Assembly: GCA_030704615.1 (NCBI GenBank)
Contig: CM060731.1
Location: 32,674,001 to 32,738,000 of the forward strand
Direction of reading: 5' to 3'
Origin: Takakia lepidozioides
Lineage: Eukaryota > Plantae > Bryophyta
Length of the DNA stretch: 64,000 nucleotides
Shown here: positions 38,194 to 50,124 of the stretch, piece by piece
How positions within the stretch are numbered: position 1 is the stretch's first letter
How the letters are laid out: every line of letters starts with the position of its first letter
Translations under genes and position numbers: made by a program
The notes under the pieces: model-generated
Told to the model about the DNA's origin: nothing
Databases searched by the model: none
Seen by the model: only the letters and a program-made list of their open reading frames with translations

Positions 38194-41100
38194 TCATTCT
38201 GACTTCTTCTCCCTCCATACAACAAAGAGGGTTGCCAGTACCATTGTCACACTACAACACACAGCGCCAATAATATACCAAACAGCTGCCGCCAGAAACA
38301 TTTGCATGACCACACCAGAAGTTATTTCCGCTGGCAAAGGCCCCATGGCATCTCTGACCTCAGATGATTGGGCAGTATCAATCCCACTGGTCATGCCAAC
38401 AACAATAGCTGCAGTAATGGAAGCTAACACAGGCGCCACTGAAAGGAGGGATTTCATCCAGCCACTGAGCAGGTCATCCACGGGCATCTCAGAGATCCAG
38501 GCCCACCTGCTATCCCCTTTCTGAATACTTTCCTCCTCCCTTCTGGGTCTTGTTCTAGGAGAACTGTCAGAAGAAGAAAGGGGACTGATAACGGGTTCTG
38601 TGGGAGTCCAGTATTCTTCATTGTCTTGAACACCCCTTGAAGATCTCTCTCTCTGAAAACTTGCCCCCATTTGCCGTCTCTGTGCAGCTGCTTCATATAG
38701 AGGGCTGAGCTCCTCAGGTATGAAAGAGAAGTAGCTCTCATCATGTCCACCGCGTTGTGCCCCTTTAGCTGGACCACCAGTGTGCCTCCGGTACTGGAAT
38801 TCTGAGCTGACTCCCACTGATGTGTCACTCTTAGGCACAGCTACCCACTCCAGTGGAATGATTGCCCCCTGCAATGCGCGGCCTGAATCAGGGTCCCATC
38901 TGAAGGACTTCTCTTGTGAAGCGTTCTTGCCTACGAAAAGATGCCACCACCGTCCTGCTCGGGCCTGTATGGCATCTGCAGCCGCCATTCGTGCCTCTCT
39001 CTGATCGGGTGTTTCCTGCATGGCTCAATAGCATTTTTTCTGTCAGCTCAAGGGATTCTCATCCAGATGACCATTTGCATGTCCTATTGCTTCCCATTGG
39101 GCTCCAAGACACCTGACTATTGGCAGAAAAGTATGTTGATAGGAGTTTGCATCATAGCTGTCAGTGGCACAAGGAAGATGATTAAGTGCATACTAGACAG
39201 ATTACAAGCCAGCTATTTTTCAAACTTGTTCAATTAAACGGTGCAAATATTTGAAGTCGTACAACCCAGGAAAGGAGATATTTAGTGGTCCTCAGACAGA
39301 ATGCTTGCCAAGCATTGTGGCCATCGACACTCTGCAGCAAGGACCCCATAGGAGGAGGGTGGAGGAGCAGAATAGATTTACTTGTATGTTTGATGCTTTG
39401 GCTTGCTCACGTTGAGCACACTTTCTGAGAAACCTCTCTGCAGTAATGAACACATTTTCAGTTCTCTGACCACCATGGCTATACACATCAACATTGCCAG
39501 GCAGACGAGGTTGCTTGGACATAATGAACTCCAACGCTGCAAGCTGGTCCCTATCAACCCATCTGTGTGCACAACATATCTCCAGGTTATTCAGAAATTA
39601 GTGCACCTAATTTGGGCATACAAGTCTGTTGGCACAGTGTCATTCACGCAAGGCAAATAAGTTAGTCCATGAGTCATGTGAAGCAAAGATACCAAGAGAT
39701 GCAATGGATGCTAAAGATCTTCACATGTCCAGCTGTTCAGTAGCCTGATGTCAGCCTGTTGAAATTGGCTCTGAAGTCTCCCATTAAGACCCTGCTTAAA
39801 CCACCTAAAACTGCCAAAGTTGAAAGGCATTGGAAATATGATTTCACTCACTGCTTTCACTACTCTAACGTATGTGTGATGGGTGAGGGGCTGAGAGCTT
39901 ACGAGATACAGTCAACTGGGCAAGCACGAATGGCGTCTTTGATCGTGCTCTCTGAATCACCCCATTGGCCAACCACACGCGCACGGCCGTACTGATTCTC
40001 AATGGCAAATGTGTTTGAAGCAATGAGTGCACATTTGAGGCATCCAACGCACCGTGTTTCATCAACAAAGACTGCTCTGTCCTCTTTTGCAGACCCCAAC
40101 CATTTTGAATACATTGGCTCCCCCGTGAATCCGTCAAACTCTGCTCTGTCTGCACGTCTCTGTGCCAGACACATCACAAGCGTAACCAACTGAATATGTT
40201 GCAACATATCATAGTGGTTTATCTAATAGGGAGTTCTCGATATGTGTGGTAAATGCTTGATGACTAGTTTAAACCTCATCCCCAACAAAGCACCTGCTCT
40301 TTGGCACCAGCTATTTAGTCACTTTCTTATCTCCATCTCTCCATTTGAATCTATATGTTGTCTCTGTCAATGGCCACAAGGCTACGGCAAACAACGTCTT
40401 ATGAGTACAATCTATATGTTGTCTCTTGCCCTCAACTGTTGCTCTCTTACTCTGGTACTCTCTGTCTCTTCAAACACCAAGCTCCTGGAACTAAAAAAAG
40501 GCACCGGCCAGTGGCCAGCTAATCTTGCATCTCCATTGCTTCACGACAGACTTTAGAACACTGGTAATATTCGGATTGAGAGACTATAAATTGTTAAATC
40601 ACCAAACATTTCACATAAGATTCTATACATATCAGAGTGCAACTGCCAAGTCGCCTTAGTATGACGAGAAGGGAAAAGGAAAGAAGAGAGAAAGAGGTGC
40701 CTCACTATGTTGTAGGCAGCACGTTGAATGGGGTCAGAGAGAGTGGTGTATGCATCATTGAGCAGAATGGCCATATCATGGCCTACTGGCCCTGCAATAT
40801 CAGGATGGCATCGCTTTTGCAGCCATCGATAGGCTTTTTTAATCTCTGGTAGGGGTGCTTCAGATTCCACTCCTAAGAGGTCATAAAGATCATATCCATG
40901 ATCTATCGCCGAACCCTTGCCAACGTAAGCTGCACAGATGACACCTGGTTCATGGAGCACACGCGAGAGGGGAAAGTGGTGGTCAACAGCAGCAACACAC
41001 TCATCGCATTTTCAAAGGCTTATGTACATCTCAGCAAAGCAACCTTCGAAGCACACCATGTAAGGGAACATTTAATGTACTTGTCAGTGTGGTTTGTGTG

Positions 41101-42657
41101 TCCATGAGCTGCATTGAGCTAACCTCAGTCAAAGAGAATAAAGTTGAGAAAGAGAGACCTGGGAGGTGGAGGATGTTGACAGACAATCCTTCACAACCGT
41201 GAGACGAGTACTGGGTCCTTCTATAACATTTGCTGCACAAGGATTGACAGAAAGAACAATCCACTCCTCCTCTATTCTAAGGCCATCATGGATGACCTCA
41301 AGGGTTTACCCACTCTCGGCACTAGACTGAAATTAAAACTCAGGGCGGGAAGCCCACCTATGAACAGCAAACAGACTCAGAGAGCAAAGGGGGATTGCAA
41401 ATGCCCATTTTCTGGGCAACCTGAAGACAATATCCACCTTCTGATTCATTGTCCTCTTCAAATCCATCAAGGGAATTGTTCCTGTACCTCTGGTTATCAA
41501 TTTTGAAAATCTTGAGGCTGAGCAAAAGCCCAGGCCCTTTTGGGGTCTAGTTATTGGGCCAATCACACACAGCAGATTGATGTTTGTGTGAAAGGATTTC
41601 AAGAGGGTATCTGGAAAACTCGGATCAATTGTCAGTTTCAAGGTTAGTCGTACTATTGTCAGCCCCTGACAAAGGTAGTTTCTGTCCCTTTGTTTTAAGA
41701 AAACTGGGCGCCGGGTCAATGGCTACAAGGCTACGGCAAACAAGTCTTATGAGTACATTCTATTCTGTGCAGTACCGTGTATGCAGGTCCGGTAATTAGG
41801 CGCTTGGAGCCACAAGCATGCAAACTGTGCGGTCATTTTCAAATTTGCAATCATACACTGCCAGCAATTTCAGGTTCTGCATACTGAAGGTCCTGAATAT
41901 TCATATTTGTGCCAACTGTTACTTCATAATACTGATTGTCCATCCCACTCCAGTGTATTTCAAAAAGGACTGTTGGCACAGAAGACGTATGCTGTAACAG
42001 AAAAGAAGAGAAGTTGGACCCCTGTCCTTTTGTTACGAACACTAAGACTTTCAACTTGACACTCAAGGCCGGTCATGCATATAGTCGTGCTGAATCACTG
42101 CGATTCCTCCTTACAAGATATCTCGTGATAACTGACTGCAAGCACCGGAAATCTCTAAGTTTAGTATCAGTTCAATGTACAATCGATCACACCGGCATCA
42201 AAACTAAAATCTTTGACCCCACTTCTCTCATCTGTATCAACTGCTGATATAACGAAAGAGCTGTGATTAGCACGTTTGTGACTCATCCATTGATTTTGTA
42301 AGCCTGGTTGTACCTCTTGCAAATGTCAACACAACATGTGAAATTTGAGGTATGCGTGGAATTTCAGTCATCTCCTAGCTGTCGATAACGAATTCCAATT
42401 GTGGCAATCTCACCTCGTCTTCCAGTTCGCCTTCTGATTGTGAGATTATACCCTACTGCTCCACCGTCGCCATGCCGTTTAGCAACTCTCTTCTGTGTCT
42501 TGTGTCCAAAGCTGTGGAGGGGTGCTCCGTTCGAGCGAAATTGCTGATGAAACGGAAAGAGTGTGATTCTGGGGAATATGGTGAGGGTAGGGGTTCTGTC
42601 CAGGAATATGTGAGAAGACATGGAGTCGCTTGCTGCATGTCCAGCAGCTACCGCCAT
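38194..42657 (-). CDS. Chloroplast DnaJ + ferredoxin-type Fe-S chaperone (DJC76/DJC77/CDJ3-like) with C-terminal hydrophobic segments. Exons 42657-42414, 40929-40706, 40159-39903, 39562-39382, 39015-38194
   Basis: J domain DLYDLLG..IKKAYRWLQKRCHPD, then FVDETRCVGCLKC..ACPVDCIS, LEFIMSKQPR. Phase-consistent GT-AG introns. Confidence 0.9.
40365..40410 (+). mobile_element. LINE family tail stub in a DnaJ intron
   Basis: GTCAATGGCCACAAGGCTACGGCAAACAACGTCTTATGAGTACA, nearly identical to the tail at ~4054-4095. Confidence 0.7.
41255..41762 (+). mobile_element. LINE family 3' fragment in DnaJ intron 1
   Basis: [37 protein letters not shown], tail TTATGAGTACATTC. Confidence 0.75.
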
Positions 42658-42954
42658 GGCTGAAACTGAACTCTTATATGAAAGCTACAACCCAGTCTCA
42701 AAAAAAAAGGAATGAAAGACCCATCTCAGAATTGACCAGCTTCTCCCTCTCAGAGCTACAAGCTCTCTACACCGATCCCAGCTCCTCTCTGCGCTGTCAC
42801 GTCCTTTACAAACACAGCACGCCACCTCACCTCATCATCCATATTTGAATGATAAAGTGCACCATTGGCACTATTTTTATCGTACTAAAGGATGACAAAT
42901 CAGCTTCATCCGTGAGTGTCGAGGGGCTGTGCTTTGCGTGTGTTGACATACGTC

Positions 42955-43676
42955 TCTGATTAGCACTTATGCGAAACACTGGAACTGTGGGGAGTTGCGA
43001 CAGAGATTAGCACTTGACGGTATGTGAAACACTGGAACTGTTGTGAGTTGTGACAGAGATTAGCAGTTGACGGTAATGAAACACTGGAACTGGGCGGAGT
43101 TGTGACACAGATTAGCTGCAGTTGACGGCAATGAAACACTGAAACTGTTGTGAGTTGTGACAGAGATTAGCAGTTGACGGTAATGAAACACTGGAACTGG
43201 GGGGAGTTGTGACAGAGATTAGCTGCAGTTGACGGCAATGAAACAGTGAGTTGTGACAGAGATTAGCTGCAGTTGACGGTAATGAAACACTGGAACTGTT
43301 GTGAGTTGTGACAGAGGACGGTATGTGAAACACTGGAACTGGGGGGAGTTGTGACAGAGATTAGCACTTGACGGTATGTGAAACACTGGAACTGTGGGGA
43401 GTTGTGACAGAGATTAGCACTTGACGGTATGTGAAACACTGGAACTGTGGGGAGTTGTGACAGAGATTAGCACTTGACGGAATGTGAAACACTGGAACTG
43501 TTGTGAGTTGTGACAGAGATTAGCAGTTGACGGTAATGAAACACTGGAACTGGGGGGAGTTGTGACAGAGATTAGCTGCAGTTGACGGTAATGAAACACT
43601 GGAACTGGGGGGAGTTGTGATAGAGATTAGCTGCACTTGACGGTCATGAAACACTGGAATTGTTGGGAGTTGTGGC
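42955..43676. repeat. ~53-bp minisatellite, ~14 copies
   Basis: Unit GAAACACTGGAACTGTGGGGAGTTGTGACAGAGATTAGCACTTGACGGTATGT, with variants and two truncated units. Confidence 0.92.
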
Positions 43677-44356
43677 ATTCGTAATTGAGTTTAGGACGCT
43701 GCTTGCCGACGTGTCCCATTGTGTTGCCTTTGATTTTGAAATGAGTCAAAATTGAGGAGGGGTCTGGCTTGTGTGCATTTATCTCCAAAGCACGAGACAG
43801 GTGCATGGCAAAGGCGATGGAAGAGATGCTTACAACACCACGCGCGAGGCTAACCACCCAACAACTTGAGCTCTGACAGCAGTCAAACATAGCAGGTCTA
43901 ACCTCCTTTGACTACAGTGATGCATCAGTTTCAATATTCCAGAACCCCCTCACGGACCCACTCCGAATATGACTGACATTTGTGGTTACCTTACATCACA
44001 TTGAATACCTTTTACATCATAGGAGAAATGAAATGAATGAAATGAAATGGTGCTTTATAACGACATAGGAGAGTGAGAATACATGTGAGCCTTTACAAAG
44101 AGAGACACCATGTTTTGAACACCGAGTTCAAATTGCCCCTCAATCAACCGACACTGCGGCTGAGGAAAAATCCCAAGCAGTGCTCGAGTTGGCCAAATTG
44201 CCCTTAACTAAAATCGTGAACTCTATCACAGCATTACAAGAAGACCTTGTTCTGCGCAAATTGAATGATGTAGCAAATTCACAAGCCTGGAAAAGCGAGA
44301 CATAACAAGGAATCATGTTAAATCACACTAGGTCAAACGGACACTTCACCACGCTA

Positions 44357-47300
44357 TCAATCCACAGCAAGCACACGAATATGCTCCTTCAGAGACTCCA
44401 CTCCTGTGCTAAACCATTGCTTGATATTTTTCTTGTCCAGACCACCAAACCTTCCCTTCGAGTTGTTTTCCTTTCCGTAGTCTGTGTTCTCTCGGACTAG
44501 TAAATGAATGTGGTTTTCCTTTGGGTCAGGATCTGGCAGACTCAGAAGCTCCGGCATCAGGTCTCGGCAAGACGATTGGCTCTGCAAATCACCACACACT
44601 GCTGTGAGGATATTGACTACCGTTTTGAACACATTCTGATCATCTACCCGAGACCTTTCTCGCAGCTGATAACCCAGCAGAGACCAGAAGAGGCACACAC
44701 AGAATGTTACAACTCCTGCAAATTTCTGACTAAGCTCTTTACAAACCGTTACCCACACACAGCTTCGGTTTTAGACGGGTCGAGAAAACCAGGCAGATGA
44801 CCAAACAAACCATCCTATGCGATGCGCATACAATACCAGGGTCCCCTGGACCTACAACTCATTCTCAACTTCCCTGTCTGTCCAGGAACTAACAAATGAT
44901 ATCAAGTTCCACTCCACTCACCCCACACAGCAAATACTGAATCTGGCTAGGGAGCTCCGAAACAATGAGCTCCACAAACAGCAACCATGAGAATAACAAT
45001 GCTCACCAGATCAAATTGTCGCTGGGAAGTCGAACTCTGGAAATTGGGCTTCCCAAATCTGAGCTTCCGGGCCGAAGATGGGGCAGATAGCAAATGTCGT
45101 GGAGATTGACCAGGAGAGATTTCGTCCAACGCTTTGCGAGGGAGCAGTGGCCCACTCTTTGAACCACGCGGCGACAAGGAAGCTCCCGGGGAGAGAGGGA
45201 GTGGACACGGGGTCGACTTCAAGGCAGCCGGAGAGGCAGGACTGGGGCTGGAGGAGACTGCGAGCAAACTGCGAGCAGGAGAAACAGAGGGTTTATTGGG
45301 ACTTCTCGTAAGAAGCTTGGAGAACGAAAGGGAACGGCCGACATTCTTGGATTCGAAGGAGAGGGTCCGACGCTCACCCGGCTTCTTAATACTTTCTGGG
45401 GTTTTCATGGAAGGCGTCTTGGGTGTAACCTCGATGTGAGTCTGGTCTTTGGCCGGCGAGAAGTTGCGTTCAACCAGGGGTTGCAGAGTTCGTCGCAGTT
45501 TTCTCTTCAGGTCTGAGACAGTGTCTGTGGTGAGAACCGGAATGGTGAGTGTTCCCTTCAGGTGGCCCTTGCTGCTTCGCATCAACTTCAGCTTTCTGGC
45601 ACCTGGTTTCCTGCCCAGGGCCTCCTCCAGTAGCTCTGCGCAATATGTAGAGAGGACAGGTTTGAGAAATTGATGAGGCCAGCCGGTAGATTAGAGAGAA
45701 ACTTTGGTCAAAGCATTTGGAAAAAGAGTGCATTTGACTGCATTTGAGTGCATTGTCTGTCACCATGATATTTACATGAGAATGACAAACATTGAGAGTA
45801 CCTTCTTTCTCTTCAGAAATGTAGCTGCTATTGGAATGAGGAGGCTTGCTGGGGCTCTTGAACATGGTTATATGTAGTGTGCTCTCTGGTTGCACAAAGT
45901 AGCTCCCCAGTGTCTTTTTCTCCTGCATTACCTTACCTAACCCCCCAAATAAGTGTCCCCAGCCATTTGGTTAAATACTCAGCATGCCTCCTGAGCTCTG
46001 ACATACTTGAATAGTGGGCCATGGCATGTAGGTGTTGAAATCTATATGCACTTCAATTTGACTGCTGTTTGCATGATACTGAATGTATAATTTGAATGTG
46101 TAAGCAGATAATTAATTGCAATTGACCACCTGCATTGCTATTCTTCATGTAGTCAATAATATCACTATTAGCAGTTGCATGATGCACCCCTCACTGATAG
46201 GGGGTCATCTGCTAAGAAAAGAGGAATCACAAGTGGCGTCGTTCGATCTACATTTTTCTATCTTGCAGTCTTTGGAGACTCTTCCCAATCTATGCAGATG
46301 ACCCCTATCAATGAGGAGTGCATCATGCAACTTCTGGCAGCGATTATCAACTATATGAAGAATAGCAACGCAATAGCAGAAGCAGAAGAATAGCACATAT
46401 CATGCATGCCGCATGATAGCTAAAAGCCACTTGAACGGGAGCTCAGCATGACACACAAAAAACTCACCTGAGTAAGTAATGCGCTGCTGCCATGGCGCTA
46501 TTCCTGTGCGAGACTCGACCAGTTTGAAAATTGACAAGACTGAGTCCCGGCCTTGCACAACAAGTGTAAATTCCTCTTCACCCATCACATTCACAAACAC
46601 TACCATGCGCCGGTGAGCTTGCTCATTGTTCCTATCCTCTGCATCCAAAAATCCATCATCAGGACAAGGTTAGATAGACTTCCATATGATACGTAATGGT
46701 AAAAATCAATGGGTTTTCAAGGGAAACTACACAAAAAGAAGCCACTATTCGGTGAAGCATCTGATGTTTGGTTATGCAGTCAGTCACCAAGATACACTCT
46801 CAAAAGGCACCAGTCTGTACCTGATTTGCAGAGATCAAGTATGGAATCTTCATACACAGTGTGTAGCCCATTGAAATCCTTGATGATAAAATCATCATGC
46901 ATTACACGCCCTACAGACGAAAGTAGCTGCTGTGCCACTGGTATTCCAGTCAACTCTTCCAGAGTGTGCTTCAGGCCAGCTACATGGGTCGAAGGAGTAA
47001 CTCCAAGCAAGGACAAGATTCCATCCTTAGTCTCCACAAAAATGCGGCCCCCGATATCAGGAAGTTGGTTAGGAAGCCTCTGCAGCACGTTCCAGACAGG
47101 GATATTTGGTTACTTTCTAGCAGTCTAGGGCTTTCCTTCTTTCTGCAAGCTCTTCTAATGACTCATTTGTAGGTCAACTTTCTTTGGCATTTTTCATGGA
47201 ACTTGTCGTCATTCAGCGAGTCTTCCTTTGCATACTATTCTGTTCTCGAAACCATGAAGCCATGAAACATACCTTCAACTGTAGAGCTGTTCTGTCCAAA

Positions 47301-47880
47301 ATGTGGTAGTCGTCCAGCCGCTTCTCGTCGACAAGATCGACAAATCGCCCACCTTCGCGGCCAAACATCGTGAACGTATCCTCGTCCAGGTGGAGCTCGG
47401 AGACATCCAGGTCTGCCTGTACCAGCATACTTTTGTTTGTCATACCCAGCACACAGCAGTAGCAAAGTGCAATCAACTATACTTTGCAGATTGTGTTGTG
47501 GGCACCCATTCCAATCCCTTCCCTTTTCAGTTTTTTTGAGCGTCATGGACTCTCTGTTGCTTCCCTACTGCCGCAAAATACAGAAGGGGGTGGAAATCAC
47601 ATCTAACCAGGATCGCAAGTACCTGGCAAGCATATCTCTTGTAGATGTCCTCCACGTTGTCCTTCTCGCTCAATCTGGTGAACAGAGGCGCCGAGAGCAA
47701 CTGCAATGTTTCCGGGATGAAGAGATGGTCCCGAATGAAGGTATTGAGGGTGGCCTTGACGGTGCCATGGTGATCCAGATTAGGCACCAGCACTGAACGA
47801 AACCTATCAGATACGGGAGTAGTGACCGGAGCATTCGCGGTCGGGAGATGTTCCACTTTGACTGCCACAGTGATCCCCAT
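44357..47880 (-). CDS. Uncharacterised ~696-aa protein with tandem ubiquitin-like domains, a Ser/Pro-rich linker and an unknown C-terminal domain. Exons 47880-47623, 47416-47273, 47079-46821, 46638-46468, 45936-45802, 45635-45007, 44851-44357
   Basis: All six introns are GT-AG and phase-consistent (2091 nt open). UBL segments RIFVET..LKHTLEELTGIPVAQQLLSSVGRVM and MVVFVNVMG..ESRTGIAPWQQRITYSGKVMQEKKTLGSYFVQPESTLHI align by eye to ubiquitin. Confidence 0.75.
46131..46372 (-). repeat. Intronic inverted repeat (~80-bp arms, ~80-bp loop); MITE or miRNA-like hairpin
   Basis: 46131-46212 is the imperfect reverse complement of 46294-46372. Confidence 0.8.
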
Positions 47881-48359
47881 CTGTTTGCATGCGGTGGCTT
47901 CTTCTGCTCTCTCACTTACTTTCGATCTAACAAAACAAGCAAACACTCCTACTGTACAGACCAGCTACGACCTCGATCGATCCCTCATGTCCGCGCTCCT
48001 GAATCCTGTTTCCTGTGAAACAATGCCTGCGGATAACGAAACCGAAGAACAGATCTTGGAACAGGAAGCGGGAGACAGCAGAAGAAAAGAAAGAGGGACA
48101 AGGGCGGGGTTTCAAACTTGCAATCACCCAACGGTCATATTCCTGCGGTCATATTCGATATTAATGGGAATAATGTAAGAACTTAATGCGAGCGCGTCAG
48201 GACGGTCTAGCCCTGACACTCCGTACCGCCGGTTCTCCGCCTCCGGCAGCCATCGAAAGGCAGCCGGCTGGGCTCGGTCAATCCCTCCCCACCCCCCCTC
48301 TCATCCCATCGGCGGCGTCGTTGTTCGGCGACACCAGTCCACCGGTCCGCCAGTTCCCT

Positions 48360-49810
48360 CTAACCCCTGCACATCAGCCCTTGTAACCCCCACCCCAGGT
48401 TTAACCCTCACCCATGTAACCCTCTGTAACTCTGCCGAGTGTAACCCACACCACCATGTAACCCTTTGTAACCCATGTAATCCTCTGCAACCCTCTGTAA
48501 CCCATGTAATCCCATGACCTTTTGTAACCCTCACCAGGTGTAACCCTATGTAACACCGCAGAGTGTCACCCCACCCCTATGTAATCCTCACTCCATGTAA
48601 CCCTCTGTAAAACTTTGCAAACCATGTAATCCTCTATAACCCTCTTAACCCATGTAACCCTCTGTAACACCGAGGTAGAGACGATATGACTAATGATACC
48701 GAATCCTGGCAAAATTGGAATATGGACCTCAGGATCGGGATAGATTTTGCCGTTCCACAGTGTCACCCTCACCCCTATGTAACCCTCACTCCATGCAACC
48801 CTCTGTAACCCTCTGTAACCCTCACCAGGTATAACCCTCACCACCATGTCATCCTATGTAATCCGTGTATCCCTCTGTAACACCGCTGAGTGTCATCATC
48901 ACCCCTATGTAACCCTCATTCCATGTAACCCTCTGTGACCCTCTGTAACCCTCACCACCATGTAAAACGCACAGTGTCACCCTCACCCCTATGTAACCCT
49001 CACTCCATGCAACCCTTTGTGACCCTCTGTAACCCATGTAACCTTCTGTGACCCTTTGTAACCCTCACCACCATGTAACCCTCTGTAACCCGTGTATCCC
49101 TATGTAACACCGCTGAGTGTCACCCTCACCCCTATGTAATCCTCACTTCATGTAACCCTTTGTGACCCTTTGTGACCATCTGTAACCCTCACCACCATGT
49201 AACCCTCTGTAACCCATGTAACCCTCTGTAATTCGGCAGAGTGTCACCCTCATCCCTATGTAACCCTCACTCCATGCAACCCTTTGTGACCCTCTATAAC
49301 CCATGTAACCCTCACTCCATGCAACCCTTTGTGACCCTCTATAACCCATGTAACCCTCTATGACCCTCTGTAACCCTCACCAGGTGTAACCCTCACCACC
49401 ATGTAACCCTCTGTAACCCGTGTATCCCTTTGTAACACCATTGAGTGTCACCCTCACCCCTATGTAACCCTCACTCCATGTTATCTCGCATCATGTAACC
49501 CTCCCATTATGTGATCTCATGTAATCCCCACCATATATAACCCGCATCGTGTAATCCCAATGCAAGCTTGTATCATGTTATCCCATGTACCCCTCTCCAT
49601 GTAATTCTAGTTCCTCGTTTAACCCCATCATCCTTGAAACCCTCTGCACGTCATCCCTTGTAACTCCGCCTTGTGTAACCCTCGTTGTGTAACTCTCACA
49701 TTGTAACCCCACCATGTAACCCCGATACTGTGTCAATCCCCTCTGTGTAACCCCCGATCGTGTCACCCCGGATCTTTTATCCCCAACGCATGTCACCCCT
49801 GTTCGTGTAG
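48360..49810. repeat. Degenerate TGTAACCC-based tandem array with higher-order units
   Basis: Dense TGTAACCC(T/A) and GAGTGTCACCCTCACCCCTATGTAACCC units seen directly. Confidence 0.9.
48672..48757 (-). other. cox1: NUMT: 3' end of a group II intron plus 62 nt of mitochondrial cox1 exon, in unedited form
   Basis: - strand ...AAAATCTATCCCGAT|CCT GAG GTC CAT ATT CCA ATT TTG CCA GGA TTC GGT ATC ATT AGT CAT ATC GTC TCT ACC = [20 protein letters not shown], versus conserved [20 protein letters not shown]. Confidence 0.88.
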
Positions 49811-50124
49811 CCCCTTGGTGCCCGGCAAAAATTGGCGGGCTTCAAGAGGTATCAAATATTTTGAATTCAAACCTGGGTTACACGATTTGGTGACATCAAA
49901 ACCCACGTGTAACTCCATCATCGCACGTCATTTTCACCAGGTGCGCAGACGTCGTGCGGTCCCGAGGGCTCCGCTGCGTTGCCTGTGTGTGTTCTACGAT
50001 TTGTATTGTACTGGTGGTACTGTTGCCGCTAAGGGCGTGTGTTTCCACGAAGGTGCTAGACGAGGAACGCAAAGCAGCATTGGAATCAAATGGTTTGAAA
50101 GACGAGGCGGGATAACTCTATCAT

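Noticed and set aside
1-42657. Operon-like cluster of organelle-targeted genes
   Set aside because: Such genes are common, the three PPRs are local duplicates, and there is no evidence of co-regulation.
42955-43676. CRISPR-like array
   Set aside because: Units are contiguous with no unique spacers, there are no cas genes, and the context is eukaryotic.
48360-49810. Interstitial telomere
   Set aside because: The core is TGTAACCC in higher-order units, not CCCTAAA or CCCTAA runs.
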